NCBI GenBank assembly: GCA_016748015.1 | Contig: JAAOMT010000781.1 | Coordinates: forward strand, 8,610 to 19,376 | DNA from: Geosiphon pyriformis uo1 | Lineage: Eukaryota; Fungi; Glomeromycota | Length of the DNA: 10,767 nucleotides | Direction: 5' to 3' | The notes under the pieces: generated by a model | What the model saw: only the letters and a program-made list of their open reading frames with translations | Databases searched by the model: none | What the model was told of the DNA's origin: nothing | Part shown: positions 9,454 through 10,767 of the stretch, one piece after another | Position numbering within the stretch: position 1 is the stretch's first letter | Layout of the letters: the number at the start of each line of letters is the position of its first letter | Made by a program: the position numbers and the translations under genes

Positions 9454-9951
9454 ACTATGGATGCTGGTGTCCAAAATGAGATCCTTGCTAAGGCCACTGC
9501 TTTTTGGGTTTCTTTAGTGGGTTCTCATGTCTCGTTCTCTTCTGCTGTTCTGCAGTTTTTCAGTCATTGTTTTTTGGATGTTAACTTGTATTCAGTTCTG
9601 TGTAAAAAATTTGTTATGTGTGATTGGTGCTCAGAGGTTGTTAAGGTTTTTGAAATCAGAAAGGTGGCTGTTGGTGTTGTTGTTGATTTTGTAAGGAGTA
9701 TTGTTAAGCTACACTATAGTAGGATCTGGTTGGTGAGATCTAGTTATAGGGTGAGCATGGAAAAGACTGGTTCAGTTGGGGATGATGAGGTGATATCAGG
9801 TTTGTTATATTGCAAGGCATTTGTGTTGTCTGATGGCGTGGTTTAGATACTTGGTGTTTTGGGTTCTTTTTCTGTTAACTTTGGCTGTCATAGGCCTAAA
9901 CTTTTTTTTTCTAGTTTAGATTTCAGTCCTCGAGTCATTATAAGTGTGTAG

Positions 9952-10089
9952 TGTTGTCTTGTCTGGCCTAAGTGACTAGTCACATGTAGTAAGTGCATAA
10001 GCTGCATTTAGTTTGAGTCTTTTAGTTTGGCTCTGTATACTAGACAGCAGTTGGGCTTCACTTGTAAAATACATAATAAAAAAAAAAAA
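9952..10089 (+). other. LINE 3' UTR with AATAAA and poly(A) tail
   Basis: About 120 nt of GC-richer non-coding sequence after TAG 9949-9951, ending in ...ACAT-AATAAA-AAAAAAAAA. An abrupt switch to ultra-AT flank follows. Confidence 0.85.
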
Positions 10090-10767
10090 TAGATATTATT
10101 AGAAAACATAAAATTTAAAACATTTTATTTTTTACTATATTATAATTATAAACTATTTTATAATATAATAATAAAATTATTTATTGGAAAAATATTAAAT
10201 TTACAAGATAATAACTAGTTAAATTACTTAATAATATTATAAAAAAAGCTAGTTTTATTATTAATTATTAAACTGTTTTTATTGATTATATATTGGTATT
10301 ACAATTTATTAGTTAACCAAAAATTTTTAATTATATAAAGTCTTATTTACAATTAAAAAAATACTATATGATTATTTAAAAAAATATTGTCATAAAACTT
10401 TTGTATATATTTAATAAAAAAACAATTAATTTGTATAATAAAATTATTTACAGAATTATAAACAATAATACAAAATTTTTAAAGTATTTCAAGATATAAA
10501 TATTAAATTTATTTCTTGTTTTACATATACTATTTATCTTATAATTTCGAATAATTTAAATAATTGTTTAATATTAAAATTTTTTTTTTATCTGTATAAA
10601 GCTCATAATTTATTTCTTATTTATTATAATTAATATTAAACTCATTTTTTTAAATTAAAGAGCTTTAAATTTAACAAAAAAATTTTTGTACAAATCTAAG
10701 ATATTATCATTTAATAAAGCTTAATTTTAAAAGTTTTGAAAAAATTTATTAATTTGAAACATTTAAT

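Larger units (their letters stand above)
5361..9951 (+). pseudogene. LINE ORF2 (APE endonuclease / reverse transcriptase / RNase H / Cys-His finger), inactivated
   Basis: Readable as: frame of 5388 up to about 5905; frame of 5884/6070/6352/7051 up to about 7370; frame of 7695/8133 from 7371 to about 8313; frame of 8590/9076 to TAG 9949-9951. Internal stops at 5376, 6067, 6307, 6325, 6946, 7030, 7042, 7482, 7509, 7671, 8064, 8398, 8455, 8578, 8920, 9067 and 9844. The start (ATA 5361) and true stop are inferred. Confidence 0.93.
3250..10089 (+). mobile_element. Degenerate, apparently full-length non-LTR retrotransposon (LINE; APE-RT-RNase H type, two ORFs, poly(A) tail)
   Basis: Seen: a GC-richer block between ultra-AT flanks, collinear ORF1 and ORF2 motifs (listed below), and a 3' end at AATAAA (10075-10080) running into A12 (10078-10089). 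There are no LTRs. The 5' boundary is approximate (compositional shift near 3245-3290) and I found no convincing target-site duplication. Confidence 0.95.

Noticed and set aside
3382-9951. Alternative genetic code, stop readthrough or RNA editing rescuing the in-frame stops
   Set aside because: All three stop types occur at mixed Trp/Gln/Arg positions, catalytic residues are also mutated, and three frameshifts exist. Mutational decay explains all of it.
5361-9951. Bacterial RT system (group II intron, retron, DGR) or LTR/DIRS/Penelope element
   Set aside because: An N-terminal APE domain, a CCHC/RRM ORF1 and a poly(A) tail, with no LTRs, integrase, protease, recombinase or GIY-YIG domain, identify a eukaryotic LINE.
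10090-10767. Right flank as CRISPR array, origin, or organellar DNA
   Set aside because: There are no regular repeats, tRNA/rRNA signatures or ORFs, only ultra-AT low-complexity sequence.

Overview
Very AT-rich eukaryotic DNA, probably fungal; the element's peptide style resembles LINE relics I recall from Glomeromycotina genomes, which is inference and unchecked. The window is dominated by one apparently full-length but dead non-LTR retrotransposon (LINE) on the + strand, about 3250-10089. The ORF track fragments it, but reading through stops restores two ORFs. ORF1 (3382-5364, about 660 codons, one frame, 9 internal stops) carries two RRM-like domains, a CX2CX4HX4C knuckle and C-terminal heptad repeats. 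ORF2 (5361-9951, about 1530 codons, 17 internal stops, 3 frameshifts) carries APE endonuclease, reverse transcriptase (FVDD), RNase H and a C-terminal Cys/His finger. A structured 3' UTR and an AATAAA/poly(A) tail follow. The decay is dominated by C>T/G>A transitions in many contexts, not only CpG, and CpG is strongly depleted. This points to methylation-driven or RIP-like genome defence. The flanks are extremely AT-rich with at most faint traces of older decayed coding or repeat sequence. I see no intact gene, RNA gene or CRISPR array.
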